A DNA stretch of 62,358 bases, counting the filler, from Stramenopiles sp. TOSAG23-3 (Eukaryota): assembly GCA_900128585.1 (NCBI GenBank). It is 6 parts of 6 records of this genome, joined end to end, with 100 filler letters (N's around TTAATTAATTAA, not from the genome) between each part and the next. Parts side by side here need not be neighbours in the genome. Positions count along the whole stretch, not along the records: positions 1 to 18,748 come from LT642419.1; 5 more parts are not named here. One strand, given 5' to 3'. The notes under the pieces are model-generated. The model searched no databases. It worked only from the letters and a program-made list of their open reading frames with translations, and was not told the origin of the DNA. Of this stretch, positions 1 through 11,635 are shown piece by piece. The first letter of the stretch is position 1. The number at the start of each line of letters is the position of its first letter. Position numbers and translations under genes: made by a program.

Positions 1-611
1 AACGCTATCAATTTAGGTGAGTGCTATTTTCATGTTATAAAATCAAAAAATAATCAAAAAAAAAAAAAAAAATAAAAAATAAAAAAATTCATCTGCTCGT
101 AAACAACTGTTTCTACTGTATCTGAATGTACGATGATTGATGCGATCACGGCCATGCCGGTGCGGTGCGGTGGTGCGGTATTAATACCCCACCAATACAT
201 CTAAAAAAGTTGGCGACAGGAGGAAATCTGCGTAAAAAAAGATCCGTTTACTGTACAATACAATATAATGTAACATACATTATTTGATTATATTACAAAT
301 TGAATATCAATATTCCGATACACTAAATTACGGTACTTACTGAAACTGGATAAGGATAAAATCTCTAGCCTGTGGAAGTACGACGAGTAATAATAGAGAA
401 TAGTGAGGCAAAAAACATAAGTGGTTCACGTGGTGGAAGAAATTTTTATGTCTACAATAATAACAAGGCACGATTTCTACTTTTTGTGTTATCGCAACAA
501 CCTTGAATATCTTATTCAGATCTTTTCTATTGCAGTAATGAACAGGGCATTAATAGAGTTAGTAAATAAACACATTTTAAGTCTAGCATTTGCCTATCAA
601 TACATTTTGTT

Positions 612-2348
612 ATGATCGGAGGAGGAGGGTCAACCAACGACTTGCTTGAGCTGCAGAAGCAGTCTAAATGGCTTGGAAGCCGTGGTGATATTCAAACCCG
701 TAGAAACAATTTTGAAAAAGTCGTTCATACTTCCCCTTGGAGATTTTATCCAAAGGGGTCGGGTAGATCCACAGGAACGACATATACAACGTCAGAGTCT
801 CTAGTTGAAGACTATTTGGAGCGGAAGCACCGCCGGAAAAAACCACGAACGTTACGACCCATTCCTTCTCAAGTCCGGGGCTATGGCTTCCAAACGTCAA
901 TTGTTGATGTTCGGCCGCGGTATGTTAATAATGCCAGCCTTAAGACGAACCAGTTGTTTGGGGAAGTAACTGAATGTGGCGCCCCCGGCATAAACAATAA
1001 CAATGCCACGTTCGTCAAGCAATCGGCTGGGTTGCGACTGAGCGACGTGTACGGCACCCTTGGCACTTCTTCACCATATGCACAGTCTGAACAGCAACAA
1101 GCTCGTAGCCTTCGTCAATCAACAATTAATGATGCACTTATTTCCCAAGTTAAGCGTTACAAAACTGAAAACGAGTCGCTAAGAAAACACAAACGAGCTA
1201 CGTTGTATATTTTAAGGCTACTGGAGCAGAAAGTGCTCGAATTGAGCGGGAAAAAAACTGTCGTCGACCCAATTAGTCCTGATTTATCATACGAAATGCA
1301 CCCTGAGGTATACTCAATACTGAAAGAAAATCACAGACATATTCACAAATTTGAAAAGAAACAGGCAGAATCGAAGGCAATTAAATCAAAGCGTGAGACG
1401 CCAATTTCTACTGGTAAACAGCAGGTGGATGATACGTTATCATCTTTTGCCATTCCTGGTAAGAATAGGGGCGAAAAAAGAACAAGCGAAAGATCTGTTA
1501 ACTACAAAATAAACACACTAACACCTGTAGCAAGAAAAAATGTGACTGTGACGGCGCCTTTTAAGAACGGGGCATTAAACGATGGGTTGAAAGCACGGTT
1601 ACGAAGGTACTTTTTGGGTAAAAAATCATATGATCGCAGTAGCCTGCAAGTAAAGGAAATTAAAAGGGCAATTTTAACTTTTCCAATGGTTGGCAAATTA
1701 TTTACAATGAATTGTTTTAGAGAAGTCATACTACAAAACTACAGCGCTCGTTCTGACACCAAGTTTTCTTACAAAGACTTTGAATTTATGTGTCTTAACC
1801 GGTATCGACTTGCTCAGAAGAAAGCAAAGGATATTGAATCAAGGGCTAAAATTTTCGAACTATTTCAAAGAGATGTATTTGGGGATTTGAACAAGGTCTG
1901 TAATGTTTATAAACTAAAGAGAGAATGGTATAAAATCATTGTGTCTCACCCAAGCATAGGAAGGGATATACATTTAAATTCAATGATCGAAAATTGGAAC
2001 ATCATTAGCTTGATAAGAAAGACCTCAATTTCATATTCCAAATTTTTAGCCCTTATTTACTGCAAACAAAAAAGCTTTTCTGAAATAGTTGATCCATCGG
2101 GGAAAGAACGTGAGATATTGGATAAATTTTACAAGTACCTTCAACCGAAAAATAGTAAAGGTTTGCTAAAATCACGGTTCTTTGTAGGTATTCAATCAAT
2201 CCCAAACTTGGGAGTGTTTATTAGAGTAAAGAGTTTCCACGATGAGTTCAAAAGGATGATAAAATCCACTGGTTCAAGATTTATTACAAAAGCATTATTT
2301 TTCAAATTCTGTCTGGCTTCAAAGTATGGTGTCAATATTGTTTATTAA
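612..2348 (+). CDS. Hypothetical 578-aa protein; central coiled coil, three degenerate EF-hand-pair-like repeats at the C-terminus
   Basis: Long ORF. Coiled coil SQVKRYKTENESLRKHK...LEQKVLEL. Three similar helical segments end in KFSYKDFEFMC, SISYSKFLALI and FITKALFFKFC, each with a central P-x-[VIL]-G. Confidence 0.6.
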   Translation: MIGGGGSTNDLLELQKQSKWLGSRGDIQTRRNNFEKVVHTSPWRFYPKGSGRSTGTTYTTSESLVEDYLERKHRRKKPRTLRPIPSQVRGYGFQTSIVDVRPRYVNNASLKTNQLFGEVTECGAPGINNNNATFVKQSAGLRLSDVYGTLGTSSPYAQSEQQQARSLRQSTINDALISQVKRYKTENESLRKHKRATLYILRLLEQKVLELSGKKTVVDPISPDLSYEMHPEVYSILKENHRHIHKFEKKQAESKAIKSKRETPISTGKQQVDDTLSSFAIPGKNRGEKRTSERSVNYKINTLTPVARKNVTVTAPFKNGALNDGLKARLRRYFLGKKSYDRSSLQVKEIKRAILTFPMVGKLFTMNCFREVILQNYSARSDTKFSYKDFEFMCLNRYRLAQKKAKDIESRAKIFELFQRDVFGDLNKVCNVYKLKREWYKIIVSHPSIGRDIHLNSMIENWNIISLIRKTSISYSKFLALIYCKQKSFSEIVDPSGKEREILDKFYKYLQPKNSKGLLKSRFFVGIQSIPNLGVFIRVKSFHDEFKRMIKSTGSRFITKALFFKFCLASKYGVNIVY

Positions 2349-3219
2349 ATTTGCGTGCTGAACAATGAATCTCGAAATTATTCAGTACTTTGCAAACCGA
2401 CAAATGTTGTGCGACTCGTACAAATCTATATATGTAAAGCACACCAGCCCATCCAGCTCCTCCATGAATGATGCACATCATGGAAAGGTATGGTGGGAGT
2501 ACTCGGGGATACCGTGGCGCGTGTGCATTTCACTGATTGGGCAGGACGATCCAGGCAACTTTATGGATATGCCAGGATTTTTGATTTCTCCCAACACGGT
2601 GTTTTAGTATTCATTTTAGGAAAAAGTTTATACCGCTCTCATTTTCACGTATATTATTCTCGTAGAAATATTATTAAAAAACGTACTCGTAATGCATTTT
2701 GGTTTTTCTAAAGTTGTATATAACTGAAATTTCCAATCCATCATTCCTTGCAATGTAATTTGTTTTTGTCCACTAGTTTTACCTAAATATTAACCATTAT
2801 TTTTGTTTTTAATTGGGCGAATGCCCTTCAGCAACAGCAACGGGACCCCACCACCAAATGGCCGTAGGAACCTACCCAGGATATGCAACACGCCATCTAC
2901 AGCATCATCCGAAAACTACACATACACTCCGCTTTGGAGGATGATGATGGGAGACCACAACAGTCAGGAATAATATGAGCCTCTTTCCGCAGGTGAAACC
3001 TTTAAGTGTTTAACATCTCTAGAGATACATCTAAATATCTAAAAAAGAATAATTACAATGCATAGGCGTAGGCTTAGGTTTTCTTTAAAAAATACATATA
3101 TGTATCCGTCTTAAAACATACTATATAATTTGTTTTTTATATACCCGAGAAGTTCAGTGCTTCAGATATTGTCTCGACAGGTGCAACTGCCTTCATTATA
3201 CATTTTAAATTCTAAACCA

Positions 3220-3254
3220 TAGTTTTTTAAAAAAAATAACAGCCAATTTTTTTG
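3220..3254 (+). mobile_element. Short dispersed insertion (AAATAACAGCCAATTTT family) with 17-bp flanking direct repeat
   Basis: Core aaataacagccaatttttttg; ttttaaattctaaacca at 3203-3219 and 3255-3271. Confidence 0.6.
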
Positions 3255-3344
3255 TTTTAAATTCTAAACCAATTGCAATGTTTTGGAGTTTTTCATATTT
3301 GCTCATGAAGCAGAATTTTGTGGTATTCAACAGATTCAAGAAAA

Positions 3345-3878
3345 TCAATCGTCCTGTTTTTCTTTTGGAAATAGCCCAGACAATCCTGTCATAGTTATAC
3401 CTCTCCAGCTAACCCCAGCACCTCGCTTTAGCTTTGACCCCGTCTCGTCTGAGAGTGTTTTCACAACAACCTGTTGCGGAAAACTTTCTCCGCAAATGCA
3501 GGCCATTGGTGTTCTCCCCGTTACGTGACTGTGAATGTGAGCGCACAGCCCCTGCTCGGAATTGAAAAATGCTCCACAAGTGCAAATATATGGGCCCCCT
3601 GTCCCGGTATGCGTTAAAGAATGAAAAGAAGTGTCCCGTCTGATTACGGTTCTTTTCCCACATGACCGGCATGAGAAAAATGTTACGAAGTCATGAATTT
3701 TCTTATGGCGCTGCAATGCATCTGCTGTTCGGTATACTTTGTTGCAAACGCTGCAAATCTTACCACTTCTGGACACGTCTAGCGTCAAAGGTTCAACACG
3801 AGAGGAAGAATCCAGTTTCCTGTAAACCGCTTTGTTCCCTTCTCCGCAACCCACTTTCGCTTCTGTTGTTCCGCTCAT
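3345..3878 (-). CDS. C2H2 zinc-finger protein
   Basis: CSVCNKVYRTADALQRHKKIH, CRSCGK...HSLTH, CTCGAFF...HIHSH, with TG-x-x-P-like linkers; fourth finger degenerate. Confidence 0.8.
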   Translation of the reverse strand: MSGTTEAKVGCGEGNKAVYRKLDSSSRVEPLTLDVSRSGKICSVCNKVYRTADALQRHKKIHDFVTFFSCRSCGKRTVIRRDTSFHSLTHTGTGGPYICTCGAFFNSEQGLCAHIHSHVTGRTPMACICGESFPQQVVVKTLSDETGSKLKRGAGVSWRGITMTGLSGLFPKEKQDD

Positions 3879-4884
3879 ATTGGGACGTGGTAGACAAGCA
3901 TCTTGGCAAATAGTTCGTAGGTATTCTGTAGTGCAAATGTTAGACTCCCTAATCTAATAAATAATCTCTGTTCAGAGGTATTTACTTCGAGAACTTCGCT
4001 AAAATCTTAGTCGTTGTTGTTGTTAGTGGAGTGCAAGACGACATATAACTTTTTATTATATCCCAAAATTAATATAAAACCTGCATACCGGTAGGTGTAA
4101 TATACACTACAGTTAGCAAAAAAAAATTTCTTAATATATACGTAATAAATAATAATATTTTATTATTATTACCAGAGTATTTACAACATTTACATTTATT
4201 CAGAGAACCAGACAAAATCAAGTACGGAAAAACATATTTTTACCAAAAATCGCTACCCCTCTGTTAGATGACTGCTGAGCGTGGTCTCCGATCTGAGTAG
4301 TGACACTCTAACCGTAATAATAAGTAGAATTAAGGTGGATACCGCCTGAATTTACCTATTTGATACATCCTGATTGTTACGATATCGGAGTTAGCAGAAT
4401 CGACTTAAGGTGTAATGCAACATTTTGCTCTCAAAGCATCGAAGGAGAAACCTAACAGCACGACAAAACTATAACGTTCGCGAATTTCGAATATTGTCGA
4501 TAAAAGTAGATTGAAAATAATGGCAATGCTGTTGTCGTACTGCCGAAATAACGATGCTGAAATTGATTAGTTTTGCTTATACCAGTTTTATCGCAGTGCA
4601 GTGCATGCACAGAAAACTATTCATACGAGAAAGCTTGAACGGATAGAGTACTTGTTCCAAAACTTGTTAAGAAACAAAGAGGATGTCCTATAGTTCAATA
4701 TATAATACATCGTACAGCATTTTGTACTTTTCACAATCGGTGAAATGTTGGTTTATATATATCACACCTAAGAAATAGGAAATATCAGTACAGCAACACA
4801 CCATTAGGGTGATTTTTAACTAATACATAGAATTAGCATAGAAGTGTTTTTTTATTTCACAAAATATGATTTAGTTTATTTTCA

Positions 4885-4967
4885 CTATACCAATTTATAT
4901 AGGTAAATATTACAAGTACGATATTTACAGTTTTTGCGATAAAATTCAATGTTTTTGTACTTGTAAT
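4885..4967. repeat. Palindromic mini-element, second copy at 9213-9314
   Basis: ctatac..aatttatataggtaaatattacaagtac..gtttttgcgataaa..tgtacttgtaat is shared with 9213-9314. Confidence 0.6.
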
Positions 4968-5054
4968 GTATATTAGGCGATGTTTCTCTCGGGAAGCTGG
5001 TGTGCGGTGAAAAAATAGAAGTAGAAGAAAAAAAGAAGATACATGTATATTCTA

Positions 5055-5769
5055 GGGGGGAGGATTCCTTATTTTCACGATATTCGTTCTTTCTTCTTTT
5101 ATTAAATCATCTTCTTCTTGACAAAAAATCACTTCTTCATTTCTAAAAAACAAAAATGGAAGAATAATAGCTCCTGAGGATGGAACTGGAGTGGGGAGGA
5201 GTTAAAAGGGTTAAATATTATATTTTATTTAATATATACACAGCACAGTTAAAATATTATAACAAGTGAAAAAGAAGAAGTGCGAAAATCGTGCCCCATC
5301 ACCTCTTTTCTTCAGAATGCCCGCCAGCGTAGAAAAAGGTTGAGTAGTTCTCACTAGAGATATGGTTAGTAATAAATTTGTGCGTAAAGGTGCAAAAGTT
5401 GTGGCGAAAAGTTGGGTTAAACCTAATTGGCAAATCTTGTCTTTGTCGTATTCATTTTATTAATTTTATAAAATAAAAATACAGGCAATAGCATAGTAGC
5501 AAAACATTCCCTTCATTTCTTCATTCTTCGCGAAATCCAACATCAATTTTTATCACTACAACAAATATTTACGTCAGGAACAATAATTAGAATAGAAAAA
5601 TATACGTTTTTTCGCATTTTATCGAAAATCACTCCACCTCCCCCTGAAATAGACGACTATAATTATGGAAAAAAGTTCTGTTGTTCTTAAAGTTAAATTG
5701 TTTTTGTCTTTTTTTTTTTTGTTAGCAGAAGAAAGAACGAATATCGTGAAAATAAGGAATCCTCCTCCC
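5055..5769. mobile_element. MITE-like non-autonomous DNA transposon, ~43-bp TIRs, flanked by TA
   Basis: GGGGGGAGGATTCCTTATTTTCACGATATTCGTTCTTTCTTCT from 5055 has its reverse complement (1 mismatch) ending at 5769. TA at 5053-5054 and 5770-5771. No internal ORF. Confidence 0.8.
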
Positions 5770-5937
5770 TAACATTATACTATATGCTCTGATGATACTG
5801 TATACTAAATAATATAGATACAGCATTAAACCAGTCGGTTGAAAAATGGTAAAAAAATGCAATTTTTTTCGCTCCCCCTCCCCCGTTCACTAACCGTGCA
5901 AAGTACAATAGTCACTTCGTGGGAAATGGTTAGAAAT

Positions 5938-8689
5938 CTAGCTCGGTCTGTTTTGACAATCTTCTACTGCAACCCAAGCACTCTCAGGGCAAAATATCCC
6001 CCATCCATTTTTATGAGCTCTTACCCGAAATTTATAAACGCCGGCAGATAGTTTATCAATACAAGTATAATGCAATGGGCCCATATCATCCTGGACAGCT
6101 ACTGTTTTCGAAATATCCCATTCTTGAGTTGAAGTTTTCTTTTGCTGCTGTACCTCGAATTTATCAGGACATGTAACATTGGTTAATGGCAGTTCCCAAC
6201 CAATGGTGATGCGCCCATTCTCCGTTTCCACCAGAAATACTCGTAGAACTATAGGCTTCGGCACAATTGTTTCTGTTGGAGCCGACTCCTCGGAATATGA
6301 TCCGTATCCTAGACTATTTGATGCCCGGACACGAAAAACATATTTCTCGCCAGGAAATAGACTCGTAACTGTAGTGTGTGTATCATGATAAACACAAGGT
6401 AATGTCTTCCAAATTTTATCATTGCATGGTGCTAAGCATGCAGTGTCTACATCATTAATATTCGGACATATACCAGAATGATTTCGGACATTTGAATAGC
6501 TAGTCAGAATTTGGTCAAGTTTTCCATTATTGATCTGCAGCTGGTACGAAATAATCTGTTCCCCATAACCTTCGGCAGGATTCCATTGCAAAGCTATTGA
6601 AGTCGCACTTTTGGAGACTACACATGGAGGGAAAGATGATGGTTTTGCCAATAACGTCTGAACTGGGTGTGGGATAGAGATGTATCGAGAAATTCCATGG
6701 TCGTTACATGCTGCTACTTGAAAATTATACAAACGATTGGGATCTAAATTCTGCACAGAGTAGCAGTAAGTCACAACGACTTCATTGTCACAATTTTGGG
6801 GCTTTCGCCGGGTACTGATAGAACAATCTTCACTGGGGTGCAATCGTGCTATTAATTTCCACTCCTTCTCAGAGGCAGGCACCGTACTTAGTGTCTGTGT
6901 ACATACCACGTTCTCTTTTTTTGTGATTATCACGCCCCGGTAATTTTTCTCGGTGTGCATTTCCACCAAAAAACATTTTACAATATTTGATTCCACATTA
7001 TGCCCTTCAGAATGGGACCATTCTAGTTCAACAGATGTGGTGCCTTCTCCAAGTACACGAAGGTTTTTTACTGTTTTCGGGACATCGGGAGGTAAGTTGT
7101 ACCAAACACTTATTGATTTTTCAAGAGTTTCTGTAGCAATAACTGGTGTTGTTGGGTATATATCTAGCAAGCGAAAAATCTCTTCGGGTATCACCGCAAA
7201 GCGGTATACAGACATTGGTGATAAATCTGTTGCAACAAATGGTAGTTTTTTACACTGTCCTAGGGGAAACCATTTTTTTGGCCTAGATAAGAACGATATT
7301 TTGTCTTGCATTAAAACAACCATGTGATCACAACTTTTTGAACAATTCCAACGAAGAGAAATGCTTGTGGGAGTACATGATGAACAATACGGGGCAAATC
7401 CAGTTTCAATTTTGACTACATTGCCAAACTCGCCCCAACCCTCGTCATTTTTTGCATGGATTTTGAAACAATACAAAGTTGTAGGCGAGAGCCTCTCTAT
7501 AATTGCAAACATTTTGCCATTTTCAATATTTAATTTCAAATCATTAGCAAAAATAGTAAAGTTTTCAGAAGCAGATATTTGGGCCTTCTTTATTTCATCG
7601 AATTTATCTGAAATTGCATTTTCATAGTTCAAAGAAAATTCTTTCCTCTTTCGTTGCAACCTTTCCAGCCGCTTTTCCAGAAGATAACTTTCATGATCCA
7701 TTATATTTTGTTCATGACCAATCTGCTTGTTAAGGGCAAATAAAGATTCGTTGACACCTTTTATCGTATTATTGAAACGGGTTTTGCAATAGGCTTCTAG
7801 TTCCCTTCTCATTTTTTGTACTTCATGATATGAATGTCGAAGTTCCTCCTCTGCAACCCAAGACCCAATAAGCATTCCGTTTTTATGATAAATCGATTTT
7901 TTTGCACTTGCAATATCTTTATCTTTCGCACGTAGTTGTTCATAAGCACGGAAAGCTATTTCGGTTTTGAATTGTTTTAACCCAGTACCCAACAAAATGT
8001 TCAATTCCTCTGTTTTCTTGCCTTTAGTATTCATTAGGGAGAAAAGTTTATCGCGTTTATCTTTTAATGATTTTTTGGCATCTTCTAACTGCAACTCTAA
8101 TGGACGAAGAAGTTTTAACTGTTGCGTCCAGCGTAGTGATGTTTTCGATCTTAATACCATATTCTAAGATTTGTAGATATTTTTCTGGACATGGGTCCCA
8201 TTTCACTTGAACGGAAGTAGAATAGCTATTTCTTTGAATCAGAGATTTTGGGGGTTGCGGGGGATCAGACAGAGCAAGGACACAGTTTTTTTTTCCATTA
8301 CCAATAGCAATATCGATGGGGTAATTTCCAATGCTATTTTTAACATATTTGTTGGCACCATGTTCAATTAGCAATTTTACTACGTCAATGTGGCCGTGTA
8401 GGGCAGCAAAGTGCAAAGCACAGTCGCAAAATCTTCGTCTAGTAAAATTCATATCCACACCCTCTTTCAAAATAGTACGAACGGCCTCTAATTGACCGTG
8501 CCTTGAGGCAACCATTAAGGCAGTTAGACCGCTTTCTGGGTGTGTTATCTTTAAAAGCGACACATGCCTGGCATATTTTTTCTCCTTTCTGTCATTGTGT
8601 AATGCTTCTTGTATTAAATTGATTGCACCGTTACGACAGGCCTCAAAAAATGCGCCAGAAAAAGAATTCCAACCACATCGCGATTCCAT
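5938..8689 (-). CDS. Ankyrin-repeat + fibronectin type III protein, two exons (8689-8158, 8096-5938), ~896 aa
   Basis: ANK repeats (GLTALMVASRHG, CALHFAALHGH, GNYPIDIA). Multiple FN3 motifs (LSPTTLYCFKIHAKN, LDPNRLYNFQVAACN, LFPGEKYVFRVRASN). A 61-nt GT..AG intron at 8097-8157 joins the two overlapping ORFs in frame. Confidence 0.8.
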
Positions 8690-9051
8690 ATTGGAAGAGG
8701 CAGTATCTCCAGTTTTAATCGAGCTATACTAATTGTCACACTGCTACCAATCGAATGCTCTAGCTCTTCCAAACATTTAACACTCGAGACAAGTTTTTGC
8801 TTTAAAGTACTTTGAACTCAATATTTTTACAATTATGTAATTTTTTCTCCGCAAATGTAGACGGCCGATCAAGTCGCCCGCTTTTCTATTATTGGGGAGA
8901 CGGCATCCTCCCAGCCCCCATACCCATCTTGCCACTCCCTTTTCATGATTGGATAATACTCAAGAGTAACACATTTTAATTATACCCTAATATATATTAC
9001 ATTTGATACATTGATTTTGTATTATTCCAATAATAATAATAATAAATTATT

Positions 9052-9445
9052 GAGTTCGCAACAACCTAATTAGATCCGAAAATCGGTGAAGTGGTTGTCT
9101 CGTATTGCCTGTACTTTTTCACTAGGCGCAAATGTCCAGCCACAGAGCACCGACTAACTTTTTTTGTAGAAAGTGCTAGCGTGACACAGGCAGGTTTATT
9201 ATTTTCTTCTTACTATACAAAATTATATAGGTAATTTTTATAAGTACAATAGTAAAAGTTTTTGCGATAAACGCGAGTTGTACTTGTAATATTTACCTAT
9301 ATAAATTCGTATAGAAAAAATGCCCCCAAAAAAGTTAGTCGGTGCTCTGTGCCTGGACATTTGCGCCTTGTGAAAAAGTACAGGCAATAGGAGACAATCA
9401 CTTCCCGAATTCGAACACATTCCTAATGTGTTCGAATTCGGGAAG
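9052..9445. mobile_element. Foldback/MITE-like element with ~85-bp inverted arms, nested palindrome and terminal hairpin
   Basis: ~9080-9166 is the reverse complement of ~9327-9413. Perfect 21-bp hairpin at 9401-9445. Internal palindrome at 9213-9314. Confidence 0.75.
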
Positions 9446-10041
9446 ATTTTATCCCCGGGCGGAGTACAATTAAAATATATAATATTGCATTTATATACAC
9501 AGTACAGTATTATTGACGACTAAATACAAAGTACATTAAAATGACAGTTCAATATTTCCAAACAAGTAGTAAAAGAATAGCATGGAAACTAAGAAATAAA
9601 ATATAATAAGGAAAACCATTCGAATATATTTCCAATAATTTTATAAAACAGAAAGATAAAGAAAGAGAGGAGAGATGTAAACTATTCTTCCGGGAGAAGA
9701 AGGTTAAGATAACCACCATGCACTTCAAAATTAAATGTAAACATAACTTAAAGTGGGACCGTTTCTCATTATGTCCGTTGTATACACTAATCTTCAATTA
9801 TTGATGAACTGTCATGAAAATCCATTTCATGAAGTTGAGCTTTGACAATAATTATAATAATAATAAAAGCTACCAACGACAACAATATAACGTCGATTAC
9901 AAATTTCCCAAGCATTTAAGATCGAACTATAACAAGTAAGAAATATTGATGACGCTGGCTTTAAAGAACGGCATTATCTAACACGAGCATCGTACAAAAG
10001 AACGAGAAGTCGCAACTAATCTCGGCTAACCAAAAACAACA

Positions 10042-10872
10042 ATGAGCAGAACTAGAGATGTCTTTGCACAGGAATTTTTGTTCAATGAAAGTATTGCAAA
10101 CATTAAAAGTCTCGAGCGCGAAATAAAAACATTAAAAATCGATGTTTTAGTTGCGAAAGAATGTGGTAACAGGCTAAAAGCGATGCATGACTCTTTCAAA
10201 ATTTCCGATGGTTTTATTTGTGGAACATTCAATGAATGTGAAAGACAACTTCAGGACGTTGACCACCCGATGCATCATAATTATGCCCTGTTCATGGCAT
10301 GCAAAACACGCGATTTTAACGCCGTGTCGTGGGCTTTAAAGACCGGGAAAAAAATAGAAATAAGTCACGATAGAGTGAAGCATTTAAATGAAAATTCTAG
10401 TTATGAGCCCAATTGGTTCCCTTTCAAATCAAGACAACAATCATCTGCCCATGTTGGGTGCGGGTCGAAACCCATAATGGCTTTGTTAATAGACAGTGGT
10501 TGGTCTATTTTAAGACCCGACCGAATGGGAAAACTTCCTAGTGATTTGGCATTAGAAGAGCAATTAACAGGGCAGTATAAGTGGTTGAAAATACAGCAGG
10601 TCACACAAAAAGAAGAGAGAGATGAACGTCGGTTTCAACACAGGCTTTCCCTTGTAGATAAAATTCTACAACAATATAGTGCAAATTTGTTCAGAGCTGA
10701 TGAATTTACGCTCAACAGACTTTTGAGTTATGCAATTGATTTAATGTCCTATAATCGGGTAGTGTATCGTAATATATCGTTCCGTTTAGAGGGTGAAATT
10801 ATCGTCAAAAATAGAATGTCTTTGACCCGTTTACGTAAACTCCTGGGACAAAAGCTAAAAAGCAGGTTCTAG
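10042..10872 (+). CDS. Protein with degenerate ankyrin repeats
   Basis: ALFMACKTRDFNAVSWAL; IMALLIDSGWSILRPDRMGKLPSDLA; N-terminal coiled coil. Confidence 0.6.
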   Translation: MSRTRDVFAQEFLFNESIANIKSLEREIKTLKIDVLVAKECGNRLKAMHDSFKISDGFICGTFNECERQLQDVDHPMHHNYALFMACKTRDFNAVSWALKTGKKIEISHDRVKHLNENSSYEPNWFPFKSRQQSSAHVGCGSKPIMALLIDSGWSILRPDRMGKLPSDLALEEQLTGQYKWLKIQQVTQKEERDERRFQHRLSLVDKILQQYSANLFRADEFTLNRLLSYAIDLMSYNRVVYRNISFRLEGEIIVKNRMSLTRLRKLLGQKLKSRF

Positions 10873-10928
10873 AAAACGGGAAAATAACTTTAAAAACAAT
10901 TAATTATTTCTGTTATTTAGAAGTATAA

Positions 10929-11088
10929 GGATTAGGGTACGACGAAGCTAAATTTAATTACTTAAATAACAGCCAATTTTTCTTGTTTCGAAGTATAAAA
11001 TGCTTAAGTTAAATACTAAAATGTAAGGGGAATTAGTATGAGGAAGCTAAATTTAATTACTTAAATAACAGCCAATTTTCTTGTTTTT
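10929..11088 (+). mobile_element. Two copies of the AAATAACAGCCAATTTTCTTG short insertion (10929-10989, ~11040-11088)
   Basis: gaagctaaatttaattacttaaataacagccaatttt(t)cttgttt occurs twice; the first copy is flanked by gaagtataa (10920-10928, 10990-10998). Confidence 0.7.
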
Positions 11089-11635
11089 AGTATTATTTAC
11101 GGGTGCAACCTGTCGATAAACCGGCGTCGCTTAAAGAGGACTTCAATCGCATGTTCGGCATTTTTCTCCCCACATGTTCCAGCTTTGATTTATGAAACAG
11201 CACTGTGTTACTGGTGATTGTTTTCTTTTCAGTGAATCTCTTAGATATGATCGGAATTGGATTCAAACCTGTTGGGAGTTATATTCGGTGCAGTGTTCAA
11301 AAGTGGAGATTGCCGGGTTTTGATTTTGTTGTGTGTTCGTGGTATTCTCGGCGATTGATATACGCTGTCTCATCTGCTGTTGGTCTGCTAAACCGCACGG
11401 TTCTCGTATGGCCCCCGAAATGTACCCGGTAGGAAACTATGATCGCTAGTTGATTATAAACAGCTACACCATGTTTCCGCCCGACTCATTGGCATAATCC
11501 ATCGACAAAGGCGATCCGTGGTATGAAAATCAATGTGGACATCGGTGCCATTATCACCAGTCCTCAGGACAATGAACCGTGCTTGTTTGCCCTGGTCGAA
11601 AATTTTCTCAGGTCCTCCTAATTTTGTCTACTATT

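Noticed and set aside
2365-2975. Small ORFs downstream of the first gene
   Set aside because: Short, overlapping, with no motifs; cannot be supported as genes.
4263-4312. Hairpin gttagATGAC...TGAcactctaac as SECIS or C/D snoRNA
   Set aside because: No apical AA, the quartet register does not fit, there is no proper C box, and no nearby in-frame UGA ORF.
8057-8160. Programmed frameshift between the overlapping ANK and FN3 ORFs
   Set aside because: A canonical 61-nt GT-AG intron explains the join; no obvious slippery site.
10929-11088. AGCCAATTTT repeat as a spliced-leader relic or CRISPR repeat
   Set aside because: Copies lie 3' of genes rather than at 5' ends, are irregularly dispersed, and there are no spacers or cas genes.
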